A stretch of 36,231 bases of DNA, from contig NC_068982.1 of NCBI RefSeq assembly GCF_001194135.2, forward strand, positions 62,064,716 through 62,100,946, read 5' to 3'. Source of the stretch: Octopus bimaculoides. Its lineage: Eukaryota. The position numbers were made by a program, and so were the translations under genes. The number at the start of each line of letters is the position of its first letter. The first letter of the stretch is position 1. The notes below the pieces were generated by a model. That model made no database searches. It was not told the origin of the DNA and saw only the letters and a list, made by a program, of their open reading frames with translations. Below are positions 10,810-23,594 of the stretch, one piece after another.

Positions 10810-11243
10810 NNNNNNNNNNNNNNNNNNNNNNNNNNNNNNNNNNNNNNNNNNNNNNNNNNNNNNNNNNNNNNNNNNNNNNNNNNNNNNNNNNNNNNNNNNN
10901 NNNNNNNNNNNNNNNNNNNNNNNNNNNNNNNNNNNNNNNNNNNNNNNNNNNNNNNNNNNNNNNNNNNNNNNNNNNNNNNNNNNNNNNNNNNNNNNNNNNN
11001 NATTGATATAGAACTCAATGATACTAAAAATAGGTTCCAACGTTTGCGTGTAGGTGTGTACGTGTGTGGGGTGTGTGTGTGTGTGTGTGCGTGTGGGGGG
11101 TGATGGACTGTCAAATTAATGGCCCTTGGCCTCTTTATTTTATTGGCCCTTGGAAGATTGGTTGAAAGGAAGAAAGAAAAAGCAAAGAAACTAAAAGCAA
11201 TCCACCTCCGTGGTTTCTAAACTTTGGGCAAAATGCGATGTAA

Positions 11244-11365
11244 CTAGAATAAGTACTAGGCTTACAAAGAAGAAGTCCTGGGGCCGATTTGTTCGACTAA
11301 AGGTGGTGCTCCAGCATGGCTGCAGTCAAATGACTGAAACAAATAAAAGAAAATAAAAGAAAATG
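11244..11365 (+). mobile_element. SINE 3' fragment (GGTGCTCCAGCATGGC...GACTGAAACAAATAAAAG)
   Basis: Related fragments at 10130-10205 (+), 1053-1085 (-), 14293-14348 (-) and 14865-14915 (-). Confidence 0.65.
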
Positions 11366-11434
11366 CCCATAGAATCACACTGCAAAACAAGTAGTTGTGA
11401 ATCACCGGTCTTAACCACACTGTCACTACCGTGC

Positions 11435-11435
<1 letters not shown>

Positions 11436-11477
<42 letters not shown>

Positions 11478-11491
11478 ATGTATGAGTATAG

Positions 11492-11520
<29 letters not shown>
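11436..11520. repeat. (CTAT)n plus (GTAT)n microsatellites
   Basis: Read directly. Confidence 0.95.
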
Positions 11521-11523
<3 letters not shown>

Positions 11524-12002
11524 CGATTTGTATGCCCCCAATAGACGAGAGAAAGAACATTTATTGAAATGGTCCTTTATTTGTTCGTTACAATGCAAGA
11601 TAAAACTAAGAACGGATGAAAAACGTTGGTATATAAAATAAACGAATTTCGATAAGTAGCAAGTGTGAGACTTGTATAGTCGTGCGGAGACAAACCACAC
11701 ATGAAGTGCTCTTTTTGGCCAGAGGACAAGCGAAAGAAGGCGAACCGAATTTGGGTTCTGTATTTATATTTTTTCTAACTAAATTAGGTCAGGCTAAACA
11801 AAGAGTTTTTCACCTGTTTTCTGCCTTGACCTACGTTTGATTTGAAATGGTTAGTTAAAGGTTAGAACTTATTAATATTTGACCGTTGCTGCTCATAAAT
11901 TAATTAGTGCAAATGCCGAGTACAATAGGAAGGAAATCGTAATAAAAATCTAGATTCGGTTTCGAATCTTGGCTAAGAATCTGGTAAGCTATTCATTACA
12001 TA

Positions 12003-12003
12003 T

Positions 12004-12082
<79 letters not shown>
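12003..12082. repeat. (CA)n microsatellite
   Basis: Read directly; another at 12653-12748. Confidence 0.97.
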
Positions 12083-12084
<2 letters not shown>

Positions 12085-12129
12085 TCGTTGTCGACCTCTT
12101 GTTCCCGAATATTTCTTAGTTGTTCGTTC

Positions 12130-12520
12130 ATCAATTATGTCAGTGCTTCCGATAGCTGGGCAAAGTCGATTTCTGCTTCCATAGAATCAGTGGAAGCCTT
12201 GGTTGGAACCGTCAGATCCATTCAAAATGTTCTACCCCGATCTTGATGATGTTTCGCCACGTTGTTCCACTTTCTGCATGCTGGTCCTAGAATTTAGGGT
12301 GTTCTTCGTCGCGGGTTTCAGTTGGTCCTAGTAGCGTCGTATGGGAGTGCTATGTGGTCTTTTGCTAGTGTTGAGCTCTCTCTTAAACGATGTGACGTTG
12401 CAACATTGTACTATCCATGCGGTGGACACGACCTGTGAATCTGAAGCAATGTTTGATGAGGACGGCCTCAATAGGGTTGCTTTGGTCCGTTCAGTGTATC
12501 TGCCGAGTTGTTGACATTCG
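12130..12520 (-). mobile_element. RTE-clade LINE, 3' ORF fragment
   Basis: Minus translation IEAVLIKHCFRFTGRVHRMDST...(fs)ELNTSKRPHSTPIRRY*DQLK...TWRNIIKIGVEHFE matches the RTE C-terminus (LRWxGHVxRM...GxRPxGxPxRRYKDQLK). Confidence 0.82.
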
Positions 12521-12656
12521 CACCTACAGAGAAGTACGCGCGTATATATTCATGTATACAAAACGCCGACCATAAATGACTGCTTGAAACAAAATTTTGT
12601 AAGCATTTCAAACAAATCAAAATCATATTTAAAACTGTAAACATTATGAAAAAAGC

Positions 12657-12739
<83 letters not shown>

Positions 12740-14376
12740 GTACACACAGGTATTTATTTTCATGTCTAGTAATAAAGTAAGCTGTATTAAAGTCAAAGTT
12801 GTTGACTTTACTCACAGTTCACTTCCTGTTAATNNNNNNNNNNNNNNNNNNNNNNNNNNNNNNNNNNNNNNNNNNNNNNNNNNNNNNNNNNNNNNNNNNN
12901 NNNNNNNNNNNNNNNNNNNNNNNNNNNNNNNNNNNNNNNNNNNNNNNNNNNNNNNNNNNNNNNNNNNNNNNNNNNNNNNNNNNNNNNNNNNNNNNNNNNN
13001 NNNNNNNNNNNNNNNNNNNNNNNNNNNNNNNNNNNNNNNNNNNNNNNNNNNNNNNNNNNNNNNNNNNNNNNNNNNNNNNNNNNNNNNNNNNNNNNNNNNN
13101 NNNNNNNNNNNNNNNNNNNNNNNNNNNNNNNNNNNNNNNNNNNNNNNNNNNNNNNNNNNNNNNNNNNNNNNNNNNNNNNNNNNNNNNNNNNNNNNNNNNN
13201 NNNNNNNNNNNNNNNNNNNNNNNNNNNNNNNNNNNNNNNNNNNNNNNNNNNNNNNNNNNNNNNNNNNNNNNNNNNNNNNNNNNNNNNNNNNNNNNNNNNN
13301 NNNNNNNNNNNNNNNNNNNNNNNNNNNNNNNNNNNNNNNNNNNNNNNNNNNNNNNNNNNNNNNNNNNNNNNNNNNNNNNNNNNNNNNNNNNNNNNNNNNN
13401 NNNNNNNNNNNNNNNNNNNNNNNNNNNNNNNNNNNNNNNNNNNNNNNNNNNNNNNNNNNNNNNNNNNNNNNNNNNNNNNNNNNNNNNNNNNNNNNNNNNN
13501 NNNNNNNNNNNNNNNNNNNNNNNNNNNNNNNNNNNNNNNNNNNNNNNNNNNNNNNNNNNNNNNNNNNNNNNNNNNNNNNNNNNNNNNNNNNNNNNNNNNN
13601 NNNNNNNNNNNNNNNNNNNNNNNNNNNNNNNNNNNNNNNNNNNNNNNNNNNNNNNNNNNNNNNNNNNNNNNNNNNNNNNNNNNNNNNNNNNNNNNNNNNN
13701 NNNNNNNNNNNNNNNNNNNNNNNNNNNNNNNNNNNNNNNNCATACATACATATATACATATTCACTCACACATCAATACATACTTACGTCTATACCATAT
13801 ATTACATATATATATATACTCACATAGACACACACGCATACACAACGCACATTCATATTTCAATTGAGCAACTTTGTAAATACTAAATTATATGAGTATG
13901 CACATATACACACACATCCAAACAAAGGCATATATAATTACGCCTAAAAGGAAAAGACACTCGAAAATAAAACCAAACTACTAATTCAAATATTGACATA
14001 ATGTATTCTACGTTAGATCTGCTTCTTCGTACATAATCGTGTTTGTAACTATTAGACATTCATGAAAGTATATGGGCATGTGATGCCTTCTGTAATATAT
14101 CGTTTATATACAATGTGGCGTAGAAGCCAGAGATATCCTGGACCACTCGAAATATCAAGACCAAATTACGATAGATTTGCATTGTAAAAGACTCCAGTGT
14201 TCTTGAACCACTAGAATTAACATTAAGCATGTTATGCAAAGATGTGTTTACACAATTCGCACACAAATGCACATGCATATGTGTGTGTGTGTGTTTTATT
14301 CTTTTCTTTGTTTCAACCCAAAGGTAGTGGCCATGCTGGAACACCGCCAATCTCATCACCTTTTCAGTGGCCATTC

Positions 14377-14790
14377 TTATGCGATTGGCTTTTGGTGAAG
14401 GGGAAAGTTCGATATTGCTGCCCTCCTTTGAGTTAGTTGCCGTGATATAGGTTCATTTGGGAGTTTGGGCAGCAGGAGATCAAATTGTTTCTTGAAATTA
14501 TCTACCCCTACTCCATGGAAATACATCAGATATTTTGGCAAGGCATTAAATATATGTGGACCCTTGAATCCGAATCTACTGCAGTCCATAGTCCACACTG
14601 TAGACGAGATAACTGGGATCTTTGGAACAGTTCAGTGATGTCCTGTTCGGGGGTTAGTATAGCTCTTGATGGTAAAGTTTGGGCCAACCCCTCCAGGATC
14701 TTCTATACGTATATCACTGCATACCTCTCCCATCTTCGCTCCAGGGAGTAGAGTCGTGACTCTTTCAGTCTCCCCCAGTAGCTCATCTGT
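14377..14790 (-). mobile_element. CR1/L2-group LINE, 3' ORF fragment
   Basis: SYWGRLKESRLYSLERRWERYAVIYV*KILEG...NPRTGHH*...FKGPHIFNALPKYL...VDNFKKQFDLLLPKLPNEP. Confidence 0.85.
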
Positions 14791-14824
14791 TATATTGATA
14801 CAGTCTTGCTGGTGCGACATCGCT

Positions 14825-14859
<35 letters not shown>

Positions 14860-15784
14860 CACATCTTTTACTTGTTTTAGTCAATAGTCAGTGGTCATGC
14901 TGGGGCACCACATTGAAGAATTTATTAAGCGAACTGTCACCCAAGCATGCTGAATCTTAAATAGCAAGATCAAAATCTGTATCATGCTAAGTACCTACTC
15001 TCTTTCTTGTCTACAACGAACCAGCAAAACAAAACTCCACTCTGATCTTCAAAATATTCCTCGTATACTTTCCTGCACAAACCTATAGACCAGATCCCAC
15101 TCCCCTTCACGTTCCTTTCAACCGCCTTCTCAAAGAATTTACACTTTTCCGCAACCTCCAATTTCAAGTCCCCAACTATATAACCACCCTGTACTTTCCC
15201 ACATCACCTCTTCTCTTCTTCTCTTCAAATGATACAAGATTTCTAGAACCTTCTAGTTAGAAGCCTTTTGGCACCGAGCCACACCCAAGATCATACACAT
15301 GCTCTCACATAAATAATGCCACGACTATCAGTGGCCAAAAATCTCAGAATGAATCACACAAAAACATCAACTTTATGTCATTGGTTAAATAGACTGTTGC
15401 TTTGGCGATCGCTTCTACGGACATCTCTGCAGCATTCTTCATCACACCCCCGGTCTTCTTCATCATTTCATCGTCGTCGTCTTCCTTCTCGTCATCGTCC
15501 TCCTGGTCCTTCTCCTCCTCTCCTCCTCCTCCTTCGCCAAATCGGATCCACCTCATCTCACACCATCCTACATGTTGTTTTATGTTGATTTTTGCATGCC
15601 CTTCCTGTGAGCCCCGAATCGGTTGTTTCTCTTTGTTCACATTCACTATTGGTGTCTCACCGGGTAGAGAAACGGTTTCCATTGTTTGTCATCACATGCA
15701 ATCACACGTACACAACGACCATGTGTTCGTATCTCTACTCCGTCAGCATATTTATATGTTTTCATATCTCCGTGTGTGTATGTG

Positions 15785-16087
15785 TGCAACTAGAAAGTTA
15801 TCTTCCGAGGCACAGGTCCGGACAAGGTTGTTTATGAAAGACCAGCAGTCACCCATGCATACCAACCTCATTTCTCAACGCCACAGATGTTGTCCAAGGG
15901 AAAGGTAAAGTTCGATACAGCTTGACACTAGTGATGTCGCTACTCATTTCTACAGCTGAATGAATTGGAGCAACATGAAATAAAGTGTCTTGCTCAAGGA
16001 CACAATACACAGCCCAGTCCGGGAATTGAACTCACTGCTACATGATTGTAAGCCCGATGCTCTAACCACTGCGCCATGCGCCTTCAC
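15785..16087 (-). mobile_element. tRNA-derived SINE, family D (tail 1), full length
   Basis: Head GGCGCATGGCGCAGTGGTTAGAGC...GAGTTCAATTCCC, followed by CORE-like GTGTCCTTGAGCAAGACACTT...CAGCTGTAGAAATGAG. Confidence 0.87.
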
Positions 16088-16559
16088 ATAGACGTAATGC
16101 ATCGGCCACCTGCAACAATTTACTGGTTTTTATCGAACTTTCGTCTGCTTGTATATTGAGTCCGTAATTTTCTGTTTACATTTTTTTTTATTTACTTTTG
16201 AAATGTTCCCTACTTTCTTATGACTATTGCTTTACGTGCTCTGCATTCATTCCCTCCTTTCCCCTCTCTACATCTTTCTCTCCCCTACCTCTTTCTATCT
16301 CACCCAAGTATTGCAATTTAAATTTTACTTTTATAACAAGTACAAATTTTACCGACGCAGACTGCCACCAATCTTTTGGAAACTTATAATATATACTAGC
16401 GAAATCCAAACAAAAATTATGGTAAATTTCAATGTCACCAACTATATTTCATTTATGGTGTAAGCTGTTAAAGAGTACGAATTTCATTCATCGCATCTTT
16501 TATGGTACAATCTCCTGATAAAATCCAATGATTTATGTTTGAAAGTCTAAGGAATTAAG

Positions 16560-16831
16560 TTATGTATACACATACACATATATTTGCATACACACACATA
16601 TACTGGGATGAATAAATATATTCATCTATACATATAGACACATACACACGCGCTCACGCGTGTGTGTGTGCGTGCGTGTGAGTGTGCGTTTATATATATA
16701 AGATTTTAACATTGTGTAATGGCATAAGTTGAAAGAATTAGTTGGCTGTATTCGTATAGCGAACTTCTGCTTTCAACTATTCAGGCCATTATTTTATAGA
16801 CTAAGAAGCACTTCAAAAATATTTCAAACGC

Positions 16832-16873
<42 letters not shown>

Positions 16874-16875
16874 AA
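16560..16875. repeat. TA/CA/GT and (GA)n microsatellite cluster
   Basis: Read directly. Confidence 0.85.
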
Positions 16876-17539
16876 ACTAAGAGAATGAGATAACTAAAGC
16901 CGTAATGACGTCATAAACTTTGCTACGTATTCATGTTCTTCCTTCTCCCCCTTCATCTCCGTATCACATTCCCCTTCCCAACTTCCTGCTTTCTGCTCTT
17001 TCTCTTGCATGTTTACTTTAACTCTCACTTTTATTTAGCCCCTCATCTTTTAGAATTCTTTATTTTCTCTCCGTTTCTCTTTCACCCTCTATAGTTCTTT
17101 CTTACTTTCTCCCACATTAGGACATCAAGCTAACTTTATCTCCCGATGTTTTCACTCCTCTTTATCCTTTCAGTATAACGCCACCTACCACCACCAGTAT
17201 AATTTACAATTATGAACTCTTATTCGTTAAATTTCTCCCTTTTTCTCTGACTTTCTTGATTTCTCCCATGTTTTCTTTTTGTTTCTGTCTCTATCCCTTT
17301 AGAGGAGTCAGTTTTCTTTTCTCCACTCCGCTTTCTAACGATTTTAAAAAACTTTCTCACTTTCCTCCTCCTCTTTATTTTACTTCGCTCTCCTCTTTCT
17401 CTTTGCATTTGCCATTATTGACACCAACGACACCACTGCCACACCGCCACCACTAGCGTACTTGCCAACTATTTTTATAGTTTATTTGAGTTATATAAGC
17501 GTGCCAACTTTGGTAGGTAGGGACTTACTCTTGTATTAA

Positions 17540-17604
17540 ATTATGTGTCTATACATACATTTATATACACATATGCATGTATACATGCAGGCATATATAC
17601 GTGA

Positions 17605-17644
<40 letters not shown>

Positions 17645-17968
17645 GCGTGCAGACATACACATATAAACATCATATATACATATATATATATACGTACATG
17701 CACGTACGTATATATACATACAAATATATATATACTTACACACATGCATATATGCACGTATGCATGCATTCATACATACGTACATACACTCATAGATAAG
17801 CACCTACATATTATGTATATACATACATCATACATACAAATACGCTCACTAGCATACACGCATACACGCACGCACGCGCACACATATACATACTTACATA
17901 TATATACTGACATACATACATTCATACATATATATATGCATACATACATACATACATACATACATACA
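17540..17968. repeat. Complex TA/CA/ATAC low-complexity tract
   Basis: Read directly; source of spurious His/Tyr/Ile ORFs. Confidence 0.92.
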
Positions 17969-18773
17969 NNNNNNNNNNNNNNNNNNNNNNNNNNNNNNNN
18001 NNNNNNNNNNNNNNNNNNNNNNNNNNNNNNNNNNNNNNNNNNNNNNNNNNNNNNNNNNNNNNNNNNNNNNNNNNNNNNNNNNNNNNNNNNNNNNNNNNNN
18101 NNNNNNNNNNNNNNNNNNNNNNNNNNNNNNNNNNNNNNNNNNNNNNNNNNNNNNNNNNNNNNNNNNNNNNNNNNNNNNNNNNNNNNNNNNNNNNNNNNNN
18201 NNNNNNNNNNNNNNNNNNNNNNNNNNNNNNNNNNNNNNNNNNNNNNNNNNNNNNNNNNNNNNNNNNNNNNNNNNNNNTATATATATATATATATATTTGC
18301 ATAAGCGTATTATAAACATACATTTAGCCTCGCATGCAAACAGAGCATGTGGTTAAACTACCAGACTCCTTCCCCAGACCGAACCGAAAAACAACTCTGT
18401 TAATTACTCTTGATTTTATTCTTTTCGAAGGAAACCAGCAGGAATGTTGGATTCGTTCGTTCAAGAAAGAGTTACAACATTTTACGAATCTTACAAATAT
18501 TTATGAAAAATGTTCAGAAAACAACCGTTGATTTTTCTGATTTGAATATCAGTTTATCTATTGTCATTGCATATTAATTAAGAAAAGTACTGAGACTGTG
18601 TGTGTTTGGATAACCTATAAATAAATTTATACGCGTATTTTTAATAAATCTCCATATATCGTTATATTTCTGAATGATCATTAAAAATCTTTTTTTTCTT
18701 GCCAAATAAGCACACGCACTATATATTAGTTTTTCACTCGTTTATTATTGTTCTATTTTATCTAATGTCCATT

Positions 18774-18816
18774 GTCTAGAAATCTTTCGTCACACGCCTC
18801 TAACCTCTTCAGCGAC
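18774..18816 (-). ncRNA. Minimal hammerhead ribozyme motif (degenerate stems I and III)
   Basis: GUCG-CUGAAGA-G-GUUA-gaggcgug-UGAC-GAAA-GAUUUC-UAGAC. Confidence 0.65.
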
Positions 18817-19231
18817 TCTTCCATCCCACGTATCTCCTCCTGGGCTGTTTAGTCCATTCTATCTTTCTATGGTGTGTATCCTTCTCTGCTCATGCGTTTG
18901 CGTCTGTATCTGTGTGTACGCGTGTCTGTGTGTTTTGTAAGTGCGTTTTGTGTATGTGTGTGTGTGTATGTGTGTGTGTGTGTGTGTGTATGGGTATGCT
19001 TACTATATTGTTTGTATCCGTTCCTTTATAAGTTTTTATTCTTATTTTTCATTTATTTAATTATTTGTATCCATTATTTTAATTTATTTGATTTCATCTT
19101 AAGTATGTGTATGTGTGTCTTTTGTGTGTGTGTATGGGTTTATGCATTATACTGTTTGTATCTGTGTCTTTTTCCTATTGTCTTGAGTCACCATGTTGTA
19201 TAGTGCGGTGGTGGTGGGTGTCATTGTTCCA

Positions 19232-19494
19232 TTCGTGTTTTCTGTTGAGGTTCGGTCTGTCTATTGCTATGCGTGTGGCCTCTGCAATCTAAGTGCTGTG
19301 TCTGTTCTATGCTTTGATAATAATTTAACCTCTATGTTATTAACCGAGCCTCTATGTTATATTGAGCATGTTGGTAGAGCACTGACATGCTTTTCTCCAC
19401 TGTTCGTTTATCTGCTTCCCTATGCGGCGTGGCGTCTCTCCAATGTAAGTTACCGTCTTGTTTCTGCATCGTTCCTCAGTACATCGTACAAAAC
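19232..19494 (-). pseudogene. GIY-YIG endonuclease remnant (PLE type)
   Basis: VLY(fs)[28 protein letters not shown]...*IAEATRIAIDRPNLNRKHE; YIG at 19439-19447; several stops. Confidence 0.82.
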
Positions 19495-19499
19495 AAGAA

Positions 19500-19617
19500 A
19501 TAAGACTTTGATCGGCCCAAAACTATAGTAGATGACACTTGCCCAAGGTGCCAAGCAGTGGGACTGAACCCGAAACCATATGTTGGGAAGCAAGCTTCTT
19601 GCCACACAACCACGCCT
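19500..19617 (-). mobile_element. SINE family A, truncating the GIY-YIG remnant
   Basis: GACACTTGCCCAAGGTGCC..AGTGGGACTGAACCC. Confidence 0.87.
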
Positions 19618-19738
19618 ATACATACATACGTACATACATACATACATACATACATACATACATACATACATACAAACCTTTGACTCTCTCTCCCTCTCTG
19701 TATTTGGATGTATACATATATATATATATATATATATA
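19618..19738. repeat. (CATA)n/(TA)n microsatellites
   Basis: Read directly. Confidence 0.92.
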
Positions 19739-20324
19739 NNNNNNNNNNNNNNNNNNNNNNNNNNNNNNNNNNNNNNNNNNNNNNNNNNNNNNNNNNNNNN
19801 NNNNNNNNNNNNNNNNNNNNNNNNNNNNNNNNNNNNNNNNNNNNNNNNNNNNNNNNNNNNNNNNNNNNNNNNNNNNNNNNNNNNACGAGACCATCTTTCT
19901 TTTCCTGCACGGACGTTCAAACGACTGGACGTTTTTTCTCTCTCTTCTATCTTTTTTCTTTTCAAAGAAAATATTTATCACAGCGTTCACTATTATCCTC
20001 TCGTTCTGGTTTAACGACTCTCCATGTTTGTTTTTGTTCGGTTTCCTTACATGTCTCCACTGTCCTGTTTTTGTTCCCGACTTTGACCGTCTATAAATTC
20101 TAAATTTTATTTTAAAATTTATGGAAGCAACTGTCTTTGAAGACTCATGTTGTCGTTGAATGCTCGAAACGAGGAGTTGATAGACAGCCAACAACTGGTG
20201 AAGGGTCCTTTCTCTGCGGTTATTTGTCCTGTTTTCCATTTTTTCTCTCGTTGTTTATGTAATTAACTCGTTTGTTTATGTATTCCATATTGTTTGCACA
20301 GTTGGTGACGTCCTGTACCCATAT

Positions 20325-20757
<433 letters not shown>

Positions 20758-20771
20758 AAGAAATTTGAATT

Positions 20772-20969
20772 CACGAGATTATTCATTAATTCCTACGATC
20801 ATTTCGACCCATTGTGCATCGGTCCTTCGCGGATGATATTCTGTTCAGCTGGTTGTGATGCCTTGTCAGGTACTTCCTTTTTTAATCTTAATTTGTACAG
20901 AATCTCATCCCTGAAGCACCGATTCACGACAGTTCGAAACGATCGTAGGGATTAATAAAGAATTCCGTG
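20772..20969. mobile_element. Fold-back MITE (198 bp) with CACG...CGTG ends and 3-bp ATT TSD; CMC/Chapaev-like
   Basis: ~75-bp imperfect arms (e.g. ATTAATTCCTACGATCATTTCGA vs TCGAAACGATCGTAGGGATTAAT). ATT at 20769-20771 and 20970-20972. Confidence 0.68.
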
Positions 20970-21599
20970 ATTTTCATTTTCTTTCTGTTTCTCTCATTTG
21001 TTACAAATTCAACGGAGACGAAGGAATTGCTGGAGTAAATCCAGTGGCACTTATATCCATACTGTTGATGACATCAGGTAGCAGAATACAGTGAAGTGCT
21101 TTAAACGGTATACTACCAGGTGTATGCCCAAATTTAAAATTATTACTCATAATATATTATACATACATACATATATACACACACACATACATACACATAC
21201 ATATAAACATGCTATTTTTGTGATTACATAAACGGAAATTATAATAACAAGCTAAAAAAAAGAACTCAGCATCATCACAGGTTGAGTAAATATTTAAAAC
21301 ACAAAGTTAAAGTTCCAGTCTGCTGCATTCTGTTACCCAGTTCCTTTTCTTAGATATTCATCAAACAGGTTTGACTGATGGAAACTTACATCTGCCTGTC
21401 GCAGTTTATCAGTGTGGTTCCACGTATTGTAGTCTTCACGTTTGTGTTGCTAGAAGGGTGTGGTCATCAGAATTCCAATTTTACACGCACATAAATACAT
21501 ACTACTGCATCTCACACGCATACACACACAGATCTGTGTACACGTACTAACAAACACATACGTATGTGTGCCTGTTTTAAACATATATAAAAATAAATG

Positions 21600-21844
21600 C
21601 GCCCTTTTAAAGCCTAGCCAGGCTCATGGGCCCGGTTTCCCGGTTTCAATTGCATATGTATCCCCTAGCTGGACGGGACGTCAGTCCATCGTAGCGTTAC
21701 TCATTTTTGCCAGCTGAGTGATCTGGAGCAACGTGAAATGAAGTGTTTTGCTCAAGAACACAACGCGTCGCCCGGTCCAGGAATCGAAACCACAATCTTA
21801 TGATCATGATACTGGCACCCTAACCACTAAGCCACGCGCCTCCA
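21600..21844 (-). mobile_element. tRNA-derived SINE, family D head and CORE-like block with different tail (tail 2)
   Basis: GGAGGCGCGTGGCTTAGTGGTTAGGG...GGTTTCGATTCC...TTGAGCAAAACAC...GATGGACTGACGTCCCGTCCAG...GAAACCGGG. Confidence 0.87.
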
Positions 21845-21908
21845 TGTTTTAAACATATTCTGACTTGTATATAACTATAAAAAATGCAAAACCTAAAGAA
21901 AATAAGCC

Positions 21909-21911
<3 letters not shown>

Positions 21912-21982
<71 letters not shown>

Positions 21983-21995
21983 ACACTCGCACACA
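21912..21995. repeat. (CA)n microsatellite
   Basis: Read directly. Confidence 0.97.
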
Positions 21996-22164
21996 CATGT
22001 AAGTATTAAAATGGCTTATGAAAAAGAATTTAGCCACTTGCTTATTTGTATTTTTCATATTTGATGGGGTTTTTTTTTTTTGCTGGTAGATATACGAATT
22101 TAGATATTTTTAGAATAACTGTAACTTAAATTTTCATGATAACTTTCTGGAAAAACATGTCAAG

Positions 22165-22612
22165 CTTCAAAATTCTTGGAAGCTTTACATCCCCTGGTTT
22201 CACAATGAGCTAAAAATAACAATTGTTTCTAAAATAAATAAATGGAAGAAATTTTAGAGGAGGAGACAGTCAATTAAGTTACTCCGCACTTTATTTTATC
22301 AACCCCGGAAGGATGTAAAACAAATCTGACTTCAATACGATTAAAAATACTTAAAAGAAACATCAACAAGATTAAAAGTTTGAACAAAAGCAACTCACGA
22401 AAAGAACATGACGAAATTTATGTTAATGAAAGTAAAGCTATATGAGAAAAGTAAAGCTATATGAGAAAAAATTTACTTTTTTGATACATCAGACGAAGTA
22501 AAGTGTTTGCGCAAAATCAACCAAGATAATGTGTTACATTGAGAGAACAAATTAATTTGAGCATAGCAGACTTTTCAATCAAATCAAGCATAGATTTACT
22601 GTAAGAAATCGA
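22165..22612 (+). repeat. Diverged duplicate of ~26738-27160 (SINE B fragment joined to Dong/R4 fragment)
   Basis: Colinear blocks, e.g. CGATTAAAAATACTTAAAAGAAACATCAACAAGATTAAAA vs CGATTAAGAATACTTAGAAGAAACTTCAACAAGATTAAAA, and GTGTTACA(T/C)TGAGAGAACAAA. Confidence 0.8.
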
Positions 22613-22711
22613 TGGATTAACACGCGGGAAAATCATCGACTGGTGTCTATGTACAAAGTGCAATCGAAAATTAGCTTCAGTTTTTTTCGGTATTAATATT
22701 CTAACACTCCG

Positions 22712-22908
22712 TAAGGCGGCGAGCTGGCAAAATCGTTAGCACGCTTGGCAAAATGCCGAGCAGCATTTCGTCCTGTCGTTACGTTCCCAGGTCATCCTTG
22801 GCTTTCATCCTTTCGGGTCGATAAAATAAGTACCACTGGGATCGATGTAATCGACTTAACCACTCCCCCAATGTTGCTGGTCGTGTGCTAAAATTGGAAA
22901 CTAATATT
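22712..22908 (+). mobile_element. SINE family B
   Basis: TAAGGCGGCGAGCTGGC...GGAAACTAATATT. Confidence 0.87.
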
Positions 22909-22964
22909 CAAATACTGAGTAACATAGTTAACAGATGACTTGAAGGTGAAAATTATCAAGCAAA

Positions 22965-23594
22965 GAAGCGAGCAGGGTGATCACAGAAAGTTTCAGAGAG
23001 GGCAAAAAAGGGCTGTTATGAAATAAATTATTAGACATTGATGTAAATGTTAAAGAGTCTGAAAATCTATGGATATGCGTAAGAACAGTATCGAAAGACA
23101 TTGGAAGACTTTCCAGAAGCCAATAACCTCAAAAGCTAACGAGATCAAAAGGTTCAACTGGGCTAAATATTTCTGCAACAAGCAATATGGAAAACGATAT
23201 CTGGTCGTCAATAATATAGTGTGACGAAAGCCAAATCCTACCAATTTTCCAATTCATTGCAGGTATATGTGTACGGCAAAAATTGAAACATGGAAGCCAG
23301 AATGTTTGCAAGGAATAGTTAAACATGGAAGAGTTGGAAATATGATATGAAGGAGGGAGAGGAAAGCTTTGGTGACTGGTAGACCAAAGTTAAAATTTTG
23401 TTGAGAATCATTCAAAAGACTCAAAATATTCTCAAGTACTCATCTGTTTCACTGTAAGGATCGATAAGAAGGACAATCTTGTTCAAGAAGATGGAGTCCT
23501 ATGCCATGCAAGGAAGGCACCACAAGTTTGGAAAAGTGCTTATGGAATCGAATCCCTGAAATGGGTTGCTAAAAGTCCCAATTTTAATCCAATC
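22965..23594 (+). mobile_element. Degenerate Tc1 transposase remnant (second family)
   Basis: KPITSKANEIKRFNWAKY...DESQI...IVKHGR...LVQEDGVLCHARKAPQVWKSAYGIESLKWVAKSPNFNPI; 34 residues after D end at the missing E, giving DD34E. Confidence 0.8.

Larger units (their letters stand above)
18720..19495 (-). mobile_element. Penelope-like retroelement 3' remnant: GIY-YIG, 3' UTR, pLTR with hammerhead
   Basis: GIY-YIG remnant and hammerhead motif on the same strand in the expected order. Confidence 0.8.

Noticed and set aside
14985-15290. Possible LINE or PLE coding fragment (A/C-rich)
   Set aside because: No diagnostic motif found in the frames read; left unassigned.
15640-15690. Hammerhead-like ...GAGAAACGGTTTCC hairpin
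   Set aside because: No CUGANGA core or convincing stem I.
15344-15908. Acidic or Ser-rich ORFs (112 aa minus, 168 aa plus)
   Set aside because: Driven by a TCC/TCG low-complexity tract; no recognisable motif or splice support.
21390-21449. 60-nt minus-strand candidate exon (CTAG...GAT|GTAAGT)
   Set aside because: Weak acceptor, no recognisable peptide, and expected by chance in 36 kb.
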